Below are positions 37,057 through 47,981 of a stretch of DNA of 64,000 nucleotides, in pieces; within the stretch, counting starts at the first letter, position 1, and each line of letters opens with the position of its first letter. Both the position numbers and the translations under genes were made by a program. The DNA lies in NCBI RefSeq assembly GCF_024298765.1, contig NZ_CP101210.1. One strand, 5' to 3'. This stretch comes from Escherichia coli (GTDB lineage Bacteria; Pseudomonadota; Gammaproteobacteria; Enterobacterales; Enterobacteriaceae). The notes beneath the pieces were generated by a model. That model saw only the letters and a list, made by a program, of their open reading frames with translations. It was not told where the DNA came from and searched no databases.

Positions 37057-37833
37057 ATGAGTGACCAACCCGTTCTGTTCAGCAGAGCGGCGGCTTCTTG
37101 CCGCCTGACATTGAACCGTGAAGATAAATGTCATGCTATTAATGAAGAAATGATCGAATCTCTCGACCATTATTTAAATGAAATTGAAAACGACACCACA
37201 TTACGATTAGTCGAATTAACGGCAACCGGCGATAAATTCTTTTGTGCGGGCGGCGATATTAAATCGTGGTCGGCCTATTCGCCATTAGATATGGGCAGAA
37301 AATGGATTAAACGCGGTAACGAGGTTTTTAATCGCCTGCGCAACTTACCCCAATTAACCGTTGCGAATCTCAACGGTCATACCATCGGTGGCGGTATTGA
37401 ACTTGCCTTGTGCTGCGATATTCGTATCGCTCGCCCCGGCGCGAAATTCTCTAACCCGGAAGTGATGCTCGGCATGGTGCCTGGCTGGATGGGCATTGAA
37501 CGCGTGCTTAATCAGGTTGGCCCGGTGGTCGGTCGCCAGATGCTGATGCTGGGTAAACGCCTGACGGCGCAGGAAGCTCAGGTGGCGAATTTAATTGATG
37601 AAGTGGTAGAAAAAGAACAGGTGGAAAGCTGGATGGCGAACCAGTTAGCGCAGCTGGAAAAATGTGGTCCGGTGGCACTGGCACATATTAAGCAACTGAT
37701 TCTGGCGCTGGAAAATAAACACGCCGATTACTCCCACCAGTTACTGGCTGGATTAATGTCCGCCACTCAGGATTGCCAACAGGCGACGCACGCATTTGCC
37801 GAAAAAGCCGGCGTGAGCTTCCACAATCAATAA
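37057..37833 (+). CDS. Enoyl-CoA hydratase/isomerase (crotonase) family protein
   Basis: 258 aa; crotonase-fold motifs (FCAGGDIK, GHTIGGGIELAL). Confidence 0.85.
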   Translation: MSDQPVLFSRAAASCRLTLNREDKCHAINEEMIESLDHYLNEIENDTTLRLVELTATGDKFFCAGGDIKSWSAYSPLDMGRKWIKRGNEVFNRLRNLPQLTVANLNGHTIGGGIELALCCDIRIARPGAKFSNPEVMLGMVPGWMGIERVLNQVGPVVGRQMLMLGKRLTAQEAQVANLIDEVVEKEQVESWMANQLAQLEKCGPVALAHIKQLILALENKHADYSHQLLAGLMSATQDCQQATHAFAEKAGVSFHNQ

Positions 37834-37842
37834 GGAAATTGT

Positions 37843-39384
37843 ATGCGTAAGTTATCAACCGCCGAGACACTGGCGGCGCAAATTCAGGACGGCGCAACCA
37901 TTGCCATTAGCGGCAACGGCGGCGGCATGGTGGAAGCTGACCATATTCTGGCCGCCATTGAAGCGCGCTTTCTGCAAACCGGACACCCGCGCGATCTGAC
38001 ATTAATCCACTCGCTGGGTATTGGCGATCGCGACAGCAAAGGCACTAACCGTTTTGCTCACGCCGAAATGCTCAAACGCATTATTGCCGGACATTTTACC
38101 TGGTCGCCCAAGATGCAGGAACTGGTGAAAAGCAATGCTATTGAAGCCTACTGTTTCCCTGGTGGCGTAATTCAGGCACTGCTGCGGGAGATCGGTGCCG
38201 GACGTCCGGGGCTTTTTACCCACGTTGGGCTGGGATCGTTTGTTGATCCACGCAATGGTGGCGGTAAGTCGAATGAATGCACGACCGACGACCTGGTAGA
38301 ACTGATTGAAATCGACGGTGAAACCAAACTCCGCTATCGCCCTTTCAAAGTGGACTACGCGATTTTGCGCGGCACCTATGCCGATCCGCGTGGCAACGTT
38401 AGCCTCGAAGAAGAAGCGATTGATATGGATAGCTATTCGATGGCGCTGGCAGCACACAACAGTGGCGGCAAAGTGTTTGTACAGGTGCGCGATGTACTGG
38501 AAGCTGGCGCCATTGAACCTCGCAAGGTCAAGCTACCGGGGATTCTGGTCGATGGTATCGTTGAACACCGCGAACAACCGCAAACCTATCTTGGCGGTTA
38601 CGACCTGACCATCAGCGGTCAGCATCGCCGTCTAAGTTCTAACGACGCTATTGAACTGGTTAGTCATCCGGTGCGTCGCCTGATTGCCCGTCGGGCAGCG
38701 CGGGAACTGGCGGCAGGTGCTTCAACCAACTTTGGCTTTGGTATTCCCGGCGGTATTCCTGGGGTTGCACTGCGCGAAGGCGTGCCTTATCAAAGTTTGT
38801 GGCTGAGTGTAGAACAGGGTGTACATAACGGCATGATGCTGGATGATGCTCTGTTCGGCTGCGCCCGTAACGCCGATGCCATTATTCCATCACTCGATCA
38901 ATTCGAATTCTACAGTGGCGGCGGTATCGATATCACCTTCCTCGGCATGGGAGAGATGGATCGGTACGGTAACGTCAACGTATCCCATCTCAATGGCAAT
39001 CTCATTGGCCCCGGCGGCTTCCTCGAAATTGCGCAAAACGCCCGTAAAGTGGTGTTCTGCGGTACGTTCGACGCTAAAGGCAGCAAGATTGATGTAACGC
39101 CTGATGGCCTGCATATCGCCCAGTCAGGTCAAATCCCCAAACTGGTTACCCAGGTGGAAAAAATTACTTTTAGCGCCGCATACGCACAGCAAAGCAGTCA
39201 GGAAGTGCTGTATATCACCGAACGTGCGGTATTCCAGTTAACGGCAGAAGGCGTTGAATTAATTGAGATCGCCCCTGGCGTAGAGATTGACCGCGACATT
39301 CTGCCGTATATGGCCTTCCGTCCGATTATCAGGCACCCACGCCTGATGGAAAGTAGCCTGTTTACGCCAATGGAGGATGCATGA
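37843..39384 (+). CDS. Family I CoA-transferase (fused alpha/beta; propionate/acetate CoA-transferase-like)
   Basis: 513 aa; assigned by resemblance to YdiF/Pct-type CoA transferases. Confidence 0.75.
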   Translation: MRKLSTAETLAAQIQDGATIAISGNGGGMVEADHILAAIEARFLQTGHPRDLTLIHSLGIGDRDSKGTNRFAHAEMLKRIIAGHFTWSPKMQELVKSNAIEAYCFPGGVIQALLREIGAGRPGLFTHVGLGSFVDPRNGGGKSNECTTDDLVELIEIDGETKLRYRPFKVDYAILRGTYADPRGNVSLEEEAIDMDSYSMALAAHNSGGKVFVQVRDVLEAGAIEPRKVKLPGILVDGIVEHREQPQTYLGGYDLTISGQHRRLSSNDAIELVSHPVRRLIARRAARELAAGASTNFGFGIPGGIPGVALREGVPYQSLWLSVEQGVHNGMMLDDALFGCARNADAIIPSLDQFEFYSGGGIDITFLGMGEMDRYGNVNVSHLNGNLIGPGGFLEIAQNARKVVFCGTFDAKGSKIDVTPDGLHIAQSGQIPKLVTQVEKITFSAAYAQQSSQEVLYITERAVFQLTAEGVELIEIAPGVEIDRDILPYMAFRPIIRHPRLMESSLFTPMEDA

Positions 39385-41453
39385 GTCAGCTTGATGAGGC
39401 CATCCTTGATGCACTGACACACGTTACTTTCCCAAAGGGTTTTGCACAGGCAGAACCCGCATGGGTTGTCACGGTAGACGGTGTTGATTACCCACTCTGG
39501 AAAACAGATGCCCTGGTAGTCGGCAGTGGTGCAGCCGGGCTACGTGCAGCTGTGGAACTTAAACGCCGCCAGCAAAATGTGTTAATCGCCACCGCCGGGT
39601 TATATATGGGGACATCGGCATGTTCTGGCTCTGATAAACAAACACTGTTTACCGCCGCTACCGCGGGCAACGGCGACAACTTCGCCAAACTGGCAGAGGC
39701 ACTGGCGAGCGGTGGGGCGATGGATCACGACACCGCTTATGTCGAAGCGGTAGGTTCTCTGCACACTCTTGGCGGGTTGCAATATCTTGGTCTGGAATTA
39801 CCGGAAGATCGCTATGGCGCGATTCTTCGTTATCAAACCGACCATGACGAAGCCGGGCGTGCAACCTCGTGTGGGCCGCGTACCTCAAGGTTAATGGTGA
39901 AAGTGCTGCTGGAAGAAGTACAGCGTCTTGCTATCCCAATGTTGACCAGTGCAACAGTGATTAAACTGCTGCATCAGCGTGACGAAAACGGTGAAGACCG
40001 TGTGGCGGGGGCAATCCTCGCGACCGGTCATCGCGCCCATAACCCATGGGGGCTGGCAATTGTGACTGCGCCCAATGTGGTACTGGCAACAGGAGGGCCT
40101 GGCGAGCTTTATCGCGACAGTGTGTATCCACACAAATGTTTCGGCTCGCTGGGGCTGGCGCTGGAGGAAGGTCTGACGCTAACCAATCTGACTGAAAGCC
40201 AGTTTGGTATCGGCACACCGCGCAGCACGTTTCCGTGGAATTTGTCCGGCACCTATGTGCAGGTGATCCCGTATATCTATTCCGTGGATGCCGAGGGCAA
40301 CGAGTATAACTTCCTCGCGGATTACTATCGCACCACCCAAGAGCTGGCTTCAAACATTTTCCGTAAAGGCTATCAGTGGCCGTTCCACGCCACGCGGGTA
40401 ATGGATTTTGGCTCCAGCTTGTTAGATATGGCGGTGGCGCAAGAGCAGCAACATGGTCGCCAGGTGTTTATGGATTTCAATCGCAATCCTGAAGTGGTGC
40501 CGGGTGACCTGCCCTTCTCATTAGATCGACTGGACGACGACGTTCGCGCGTATCTGGAAAATAACGACGCTCTGGCACCATCGCCCATCGAACGACTGCA
40601 ACGAATGAATCCGCTGTCTATCTCGCTGTATAAGATGCACGGTTACGATCTCACCACGCAGCCATTGCAGTTTGCCATGAATAATCAGCATATGAATGGC
40701 GGCATTGAAGTGGATATCTGGGGACAAACATCTCTGCCCGGTTGTTTTGCTGTGGGGGAAGTTGCTGGCACACACGGCGTCACCCGACCTGGCGGTGCGG
40801 CATTGAATGCCGGGCAGGTTTTTGCTGTTCGTCTGGCACGTTTTATTGGTTGCACGCAAAAGCGGAATATTGATGGAGATATAGCACAGCTGGCAGCTCC
40901 GGCACTGGCTTCTATAAGAGAGATCATTACTCAGGCGCACGATAACGGAACCGGGATGCCGTTGTCGGTTGTGAGGGAAAAAATTCAGGCACGAATGTCT
41001 GACCATGCGGGATTTATTTGTCATGCCGATAAAGTCCGACGCGCCACTCGTGATGCCCTGCTATTGAGTGAATTTGTGCAACGGCATGGATTGGCAATCA
41101 AACATGTGGGTGAAGTTGCCGAGCTGTTTATGTGGCGGCATATGGCGCTGACTTCTGCCGCGGTATTAACACAATTAACGCATTATATTGATGCTGGTGG
41201 TGGTAGCCGTGGGGCGCGTATGGTTATAGATCCACAAGGCAAATGCCTACCACAAACTCGTCGCGGCGCAAAAGAAGAATGGCGTTTTCGCTCTGAACTC
41301 GCTGAAGACAAAAATCACAAATTAACAATTCAATATTCGCAAGGTTCTTTTATTACCGAAGTAAAGTCTTTACGTATTCAACCGTGTATTAACGGTATTT
41401 ACTTTGAAAAAAACTGGCCAGACTTTTTAAAGGGAGACATTTACACACAATAA
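39381..41453 (+). CDS. FAD-dependent oxidoreductase (fumarate reductase/succinate dehydrogenase flavoprotein-like)
   Basis: 690 aa; dinucleotide-binding motif VVGSGAAGLRAAVEL; ATGA overlap with the upstream CoA-transferase. Confidence 0.75.
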   Translation: MSQLDEAILDALTHVTFPKGFAQAEPAWVVTVDGVDYPLWKTDALVVGSGAAGLRAAVELKRRQQNVLIATAGLYMGTSACSGSDKQTLFTAATAGNGDNFAKLAEALASGGAMDHDTAYVEAVGSLHTLGGLQYLGLELPEDRYGAILRYQTDHDEAGRATSCGPRTSRLMVKVLLEEVQRLAIPMLTSATVIKLLHQRDENGEDRVAGAILATGHRAHNPWGLAIVTAPNVVLATGGPGELYRDSVYPHKCFGSLGLALEEGLTLTNLTESQFGIGTPRSTFPWNLSGTYVQVIPYIYSVDAEGNEYNFLADYYRTTQELASNIFRKGYQWPFHATRVMDFGSSLLDMAVAQEQQHGRQVFMDFNRNPEVVPGDLPFSLDRLDDDVRAYLENNDALAPSPIERLQRMNPLSISLYKMHGYDLTTQPLQFAMNNQHMNGGIEVDIWGQTSLPGCFAVGEVAGTHGVTRPGGAALNAGQVFAVRLARFIGCTQKRNIDGDIAQLAAPALASIREIITQAHDNGTGMPLSVVREKIQARMSDHAGFICHADKVRRATRDALLLSEFVQRHGLAIKHVGEVAELFMWRHMALTSAAVLTQLTHYIDAGGGSRGARMVIDPQGKCLPQTRRGAKEEWRFRSELAEDKNHKLTIQYSQGSFITEVKSLRIQPCINGIYFEKNWPDFLKGDIYTQ

Positions 41454-41545
41454 TTTCCAATATTTCCTCTGTACCTGATTTTTATTGCCTATTACATGGA
41501 AATACCAACAACCAGGGTTTATTAATATAATTAAAAGGTTTAAAA

Positions 41546-42823
41546 ATGAATAAAATAAAGAATTATCGATGGTATATGATTGCCCTCGTATGCTTTATCA
41601 CTGTAATCAATTATCTGGACAGAACGGCGTTAGGTATTGCGGCTCCAACGATTATGGAGACAACCGGAATAACCAAAGAACAATATTCATGGATTGTCAG
41701 TGCATTCCAGTTGGCCTATACATTAGGGCAACCGGTAATGGGCTTCTTTATTGATACCGTGGGTCTGAAGTTAAGTTTTGCGATATGTGCCGCAATTTGG
41801 GGCCTGGCGACAATGGGCCATGCACTAACCGGAACGTGGTCTGGTCTGGCATTTATGCGCGCCCTGATGGGTTTCAGCGAAGCGTCGGCAATTCCGGCGG
41901 GTGTAAAAACCGCATCAACATGGTTCCCGGCAAAAGAGCGTGGCGTGGCGACAGGTGTTTTCAATATGGGCACCTCACTCGGCGCGATGCTTGCTCCACC
42001 GTTGATTGCCTGGTGCATTATGTTTCATAGCTGGCAATTTGCGTTTATTGTTTCAGGTAGCCTTGCTTTGCTCGCGGCTTTATTTTGGTTCTTTTGTTAT
42101 AAAGATCCGAAAGATGCCAAACGCCTTTCTGATGAAGAGCGCCACTATATTGAATCAGGACAAGAACAGCATCTTAAAACAGATAAGAAAGAAAAAACAT
42201 CAATCAAGCATATCCTCAGCCAACGTAATTTCTGGGGGATTGGCATCGCGCGTTTTCTCGCAGACCCGGCATGGGGAACCATTAACTTCTGGGTGCCGAT
42301 TTTCTTCGTCGAAACGCTGCATTTTAGCCTGAAAGAAATTGCCATGTTCGTCTGGCTGCCTTTCCTGCTGGGCGATCTCGGCTGTTTAGCCAGTGGTTTT
42401 GTCGCGAAGTTCTTCCACGATCGCGGCGTGAGTTTAATTAACTCACGAAGAATTACCTTCACTATTGCAGCCGTCATTATGATGACGATTGGCCTGGTGA
42501 GTATTGTCGAAAATCCCTACATTGCCGTATTACTGATTAGTATTGGCGCGTTCTCGCATCAATGCCTTTCTACTGTAGCAGCAACTCTGGGTGGCGATCT
42601 GTTCAAAAAAGACGAAGTAGCTACCGCAGTGGGTATGGCAGGAGCCTGTGCGTGGAGCGGTCAGTTGATTTTCAACCTGTTCATCGGGGCATTCGTTCAC
42701 ATTATCGGCTTCGCGCCGTTCTTTATTGCCCTGGCTTTCTTTGACATTATTGGCGCCATTGCGCTGTGGATGCTTATCAAAGTTAAAGACGAAGAACTAC
42801 AAGTACAGTTAGCGACAAGCTAA
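41546..42823 (+). CDS. MFS transporter (anion:cation symporter family, hexuronate/glucarate-transporter-like)
   Basis: 425 aa 12-TM ORF; N-terminus NYLDRTALGIAAP typical of ExuT/GudP-like carriers. Confidence 0.82.
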   Translation: MNKIKNYRWYMIALVCFITVINYLDRTALGIAAPTIMETTGITKEQYSWIVSAFQLAYTLGQPVMGFFIDTVGLKLSFAICAAIWGLATMGHALTGTWSGLAFMRALMGFSEASAIPAGVKTASTWFPAKERGVATGVFNMGTSLGAMLAPPLIAWCIMFHSWQFAFIVSGSLALLAALFWFFCYKDPKDAKRLSDEERHYIESGQEQHLKTDKKEKTSIKHILSQRNFWGIGIARFLADPAWGTINFWVPIFFVETLHFSLKEIAMFVWLPFLLGDLGCLASGFVAKFFHDRGVSLINSRRITFTIAAVIMMTIGLVSIVENPYIAVLLISIGAFSHQCLSTVAATLGGDLFKKDEVATAVGMAGACAWSGQLIFNLFIGAFVHIIGFAPFFIALAFFDIIGAIALWMLIKVKDEELQVQLATS

Positions 42824-42832
42824 TTATTTTAC

Positions 42833-42875
42833 ATAGAAACGCTATAATTTAGCTTTGTAGCGTTTCTATTTTTCT
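42833..42875 (+). terminator. Rho-independent terminator after the MFS gene
   Basis: ATAGAAACGCT...AGCGTTTCTAT 11-bp stem followed by TTTTCT. Confidence 0.6.
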
Positions 42876-42960
42876 CATAAATTAAACGTCTCTTCCAAAA
42901 CGTTCAGTATCTACTGGCATTGCTTCGCAAATTTATGATTTAGATATCAAAATAACTATT

Positions 42961-44228
42961 CTAAATTGCCCCCCTGAATGCCTCTGCCATTAACTCTTGC
43001 TCACGACCAGGTAATCGAAGACGCTCGGCAATGATTCGCCACTGACTGACAATCCCTCTAAAATTAGCAATAATGTCATCTGCTTCTGTCAAACCAAGTC
43101 GAAAATACTCCGCAACTTCTCGAGCTAATTCCAAATCAAGTGCATTATCATTTCTGTAATATTGAGTTTTAGACCGTCAGACCTGGCAACAGGATTCAAA
43201 TCATATGCCTCAGAAAGCCGCCAACCTTTTCCCGGTATCAAGATATATCCATGATTACGTAAATGGTCATCGGTATTAGAAACAAGAATATTAAAAACAA
43301 TCCTGGACCAGAGTTCCTTAAGGTCAGTATTAGTCTGCGCTCCATGTCTGATAAGAACATCTGCTAATTCCAGATAACTCACACCTGTAGAGGCATCTTC
43401 ACCATCCTGATGCCTGGTTAGTGTCATAGCCGAAGCAAAATGCAGACGCCTTCCCGCATTAGTGCGGTCAAAACGACGAACCATAAAACAATGGTAATTG
43501 CTGGCAAATTTATGCGCCTGAGCAGGTGCAACATTCAGTCCACAGCCAACAGCAAGTGCATTAACGACCATTTCCCATCCACCAACATCATACTCATCTT
43601 TTACACTGGGAAATTTAGCGATGTAGAGATGCCCAGCTTCATCAACAACACTGGCTTTCGGACGTGCCCCCCCTAATGATCCCCCCGGAGCGATTAGCAT
43701 TCTTAACCATTTTTGCCCCATTAGCTCTTTATTATCAGGATCTTCTTCAATTGCCCGGCTAGCCCTTTCCAGACTCGCTATTTCGGTAAATGGTGGGGCT
43801 GCAACATCAATGCGATTATCAAGAAACTCTCCAGCGTCTTCACGTTTGTATCGAAGAGCCCCAACCCGATAAAGATCATGAACACCTAGTAGATAATCAG
43901 ACTCATAAAGGTGGGAGTCTTTATCACATAACCCGTCTCGAATATCCCTCTCAAAACGACGCTTCATTAGCATACGCCCCCAACGATCCGGGCAGGAATC
44001 ACTAAATGCACCAAATTTATCCTTTGGAGGAATTGGGTACTGTGCTCCCTCATACAACATTATTTCAGGATCTAACTGAATGAAATTAAGTGAAGGATCT
44101 GCAAGCGCCTTTTTATCGTACTCAAACTCAAATATCTCACGCGTCCGAGTGCGGCGACTGTGTAAATAACCAATCCGCTCCGGACCATCCAGGCCTTCCC
44201 AATCCGCATACACTCCGATTAATGCCAT
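42961..44228 (-). pseudogene. HipA-family serine/threonine kinase toxin, frameshifted (367-aa ORF plus ~56 codons continuing in another frame)
   Basis: HipA motifs (APGGSLGGARPK, DDHLRNHG, AYDLNP); ORF stops at 43125 but frame continues to stop at 42961 after a 1-nt shift in an A run near 43151-43153. Confidence 0.7.
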
Positions 44229-44230
44229 AA

Positions 44231-44722
44231 TTAATTTCCTTTTAACGGTTTTTTTATCGGTTTTAATAGTGCTGCAAGAGAGGTTGATGTTTCTCCTGTA
44301 ATAGATGGCGTCGAGCCTTCTGCCAGTGCTGTTAAATCCGTGGTGAGATGACCTTCTTTCTCGTGCCTCATCTGCAATGAGGCTGTCTGAGAACCTTCTT
44401 CATTCTTACTTGATGCACGAGAAAGCCCTCTTTTTTTAATCAAACGGGAATCCTGGAGCTGACGCCCTAAGTCGTCTTCAGCTGCAAGCTTATTTAAATC
44501 CGTTTCCAGGCCCAAAACCTGCATCACAGACAAATATGCCCCTATCGTGACCCCTGCACTTCCTGACTCCAGAGAGCGCAATGTTATTGGCGACATCCCA
44601 GCACGTTCAGCAACTTGCTTTGCGGTAAGCCTGCGTCGTAAACGAGCAAGTTTCAGCCGCTCACCAAATTCACTAAGCATCTGATTCGTATAAGGGAGTA
44701 ACGGTGCTGTTTTTTTACCCAT
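44231..44722 (-). CDS. HipB-like XRE-family HTH antitoxin with long Ser/Thr-rich C-terminal extension
   Basis: 163 aa; [26 protein letters not shown]; stop 2 nt before hipA-like start. Confidence 0.75.
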   Translation of the reverse strand: MGKKTAPLLPYTNQMLSEFGERLKLARLRRRLTAKQVAERAGMSPITLRSLESGSAGVTIGAYLSVMQVLGLETDLNKLAAEDDLGRQLQDSRLIKKRGLSRASSKNEEGSQTASLQMRHEKEGHLTTDLTALAEGSTPSITGETSTSLAALLKPIKKPLKGN

Positions 44723-44742
44723 AGTGATAATATTTTATCTTT

Positions 44743-44763
44743 TTATGGCTATGATAGCCATAA
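44743..44763. promoter_or_regulatory. Perfect 21-bp palindrome TTATGGCTAT-G-ATAGCCATAA upstream of hipB-like gene (candidate autoregulatory operator)
   Basis: 10-bp arms, 21-41 nt upstream of the hipB-like start codon. Confidence 0.4.
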
Positions 44764-45076
44764 TATTAGCATTTATTGGATTGAACGCACCTGCAAAGCG
44801 TTCAAGATTACGAAAGTGATGGTATTTTATCTTTTTATATATAAAAACAATAAAATAACAGCACATTCATATATAACATATTGTTTTTATTATCATACAA
44901 GTGAGACGATCGCTGTATTGATGCTTTTGTCGTGTTTTACGCGTAAAAAACATGACACGAACTACCAGCGGCGAGGCTGGGGGCCAGGTATGGGTACTGC
45001 GAACTTTTTATAAAAGGAATAGCAAGAGATTTATGGAGGGAACGTCTGTTTCTGCGGTTTTTATCACTTAAAAGCA

Positions 45077-45103
45077 AAACGCCGACCACTGGTCGGCGTT
45101 TTT
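45077..45103 (-). terminator. Rho-independent terminator downstream of rplI (bidirectional in appearance)
   Basis: GCCGACC-ACT-GGTCGGC hairpin flanked by A-run and T-run. Confidence 0.65.
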
Positions 45104-45123
45104 ACGTCTCGTTGAATAACGAA

Positions 45124-45585
<462 letters not shown>

Positions 45586-45614
45586 TCAAAGTCGTATTAA
45601 TGGACCGTGACCGA

Positions 45615-46161
<547 letters not shown>

Positions 46162-46167
46162 CAGAAA

Positions 46168-46581
<414 letters not shown>

Positions 46582-46661
46582 TTATTCAGCCTCCTGTCTG
46601 GGTCAGCCGAATCCCGGGGAGGCAAGGAACGTGTTAAAGGTCGGCTGAAAAATGACGCGTT

Positions 46662-46690
46662 ATAGTACTGACATACCCCGCTAAACTCAA
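46662..46690 (-). promoter_or_regulatory. Putative sigma70 promoter of the rpsF-priB-rpsR-rplI operon
   Basis: On the minus strand: -35 TTGAGT, 17-nt spacer, -10 TACTAT, ~95 nt upstream of rpsF. Confidence 0.35.
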
Positions 46691-46890
46691 GGCCAGCCGA
46701 CAAATAAATCTCATCCTTCACCAAATCGTACTAACACGCTGATTTGAAGTTCATCACACTTCATCATGGTGTTTTTTTGAACAACTGCATCAGAAATGGT
46801 CACCATCCACTTCTTTATCATTGATTAAAATTAAATCAGAAGATCACCACAAGAGGAGAGCACACAAAGTCAGCCGTCGAGGAGGTATCT

Positions 46891-47166
46891 ATGTTCAGCC
46901 GTGTTTTAGCCCTTCTGGCTGTGCTTTTGCTAAGTGCAAATACATGGGCAGCCATTGAAATTAATAACCACCAGGCCAGAAATATGGACGATGTGCAAAG
47001 CTTAGGCGTGATTTATATCAATCATAATTTCGCCACTGAAAGCGAAGCGCGTCAGGCATTAAATGAAGAGACAGATGCGCAGGGCGCAACGTACTACCAC
47101 GTGATTCTGATGCGGGAACCGGGGAGTAACGGCAATATGCACGCCAGCGCGGATATTTATCGCTAG
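46891..47166 (+). CDS. yjfY: Periplasmic DUF1471 (YdgH/BhsA/McbA-like) protein
   Basis: 91 aa ORF with signal peptide. Confidence 0.88.
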   Translation: MFSRVLALLAVLLLSANTWAAIEINNHQARNMDDVQSLGVIYINHNFATESEARQALNEETDAQGATYYHVILMREPGSNGNMHASADIYR

Positions 47167-47206
47167 CACCAGGTATAACCAACGAAACATTGCCATAGTT
47201 TGCTTT

Positions 47207-47231
47207 GCCCCCTTTTCAGGGGGCTTTTTTT
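47207..47231 (+). terminator. Rho-independent terminator after yjfY
   Basis: GCCCCC-TTTTCA-GGGGGC hairpin followed by TTTTTTT. Confidence 0.7.
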
Positions 47232-47294
47232 GAAAAACGGCTGCGGACTTAGACCAGTTATCTCCCGAAGAAGGAAATCTCCGCAGCGCGTGTT

Positions 47295-47981
47295 TTACTT
47301 CTGCCCGTAATAGGCGTTGGGACCGTGCTTACGCATGAAGTGTTTATTCATGAGATAGCTGTCGATGTGATTCAGTTGCGGGTTAATGCCGCGGGCAATC
47401 CACGCCATTTTCGCCACTTCTTCCATCACCACCGCGTTATGCACCGCATCGTGAGCATCTTTCCCCCAGGCGAATGGCCCGTGCTGATACACCACAATTC
47501 CCGGCGTATGCAGCGGCTCGGCGTCACCCAGCGTTTCGATAATCACTTTGCCAGTGTTTAGCTCGTATTCCCCCTGCACTTCTTCTTCGCTTAACCCGCG
47601 CGTACAGGGGATATCGCCAAAGAAGTAGTCAGCGTGCGTGGTGCCTAATGCCGGGATAGCCAGCCCCGCCTGCGCCCATGCGGTGGCATGCGTGGAATGG
47701 GTATGGACAATGCCGCCAAGCGACGGATAACGGCGGTAGAGTTCAAGATGCGTCGCGGTGTCGGAAGACGGACGATACTCCCCTTCCACCACCTTGCCGC
47801 TCATATCAACCACCACCATATCGTCTGCTTTCATGGTTTCGTAGGCAACGCCGCTGGGCTTGATCACCACCAGCCCGCGTTCGCGGTCAATGGCGCTGAC
47901 GTTGCCCCAGGTAAAGGTCACCAGCCCGTAGCGCGGCAGATCCATATTGGCTTCAAATACCTGCTGTTTTAGCTTTTGCAT
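47295..47981 (-). CDS. ulaF: L-ribulose-5-phosphate 4-epimerase
   Basis: Start at [15 protein letters not shown] (228 aa); class II aldolase fold; 1-nt overlap with ulaE stop. Confidence 0.9.
   Translation of the reverse strand: MQKLKQQVFEANMDLPRYGLVTFTWGNVSAIDRERGLVVIKPSGVAYETMKADDMVVVDMSGKVVEGEYRPSSDTATHLELYRRYPSLGGIVHTHSTHATAWAQAGLAIPALGTTHADYFFGDIPCTRGLSEEEVQGEYELNTGKVIIETLGDAEPLHTPGIVVYQHGPFAWGKDAHDAVHNAVVMEEVAKMAWIARGINPQLNHIDSYLMNKHFMRKHGPNAYYGQK

Noticed and set aside
44816-45013. 65-aa ORF in the AT-rich region between the hipB-like gene and rplI
   Set aside because: Very AT-rich promoter-like region; the hydrophobic translation is what random AT-rich DNA gives; no RBS.
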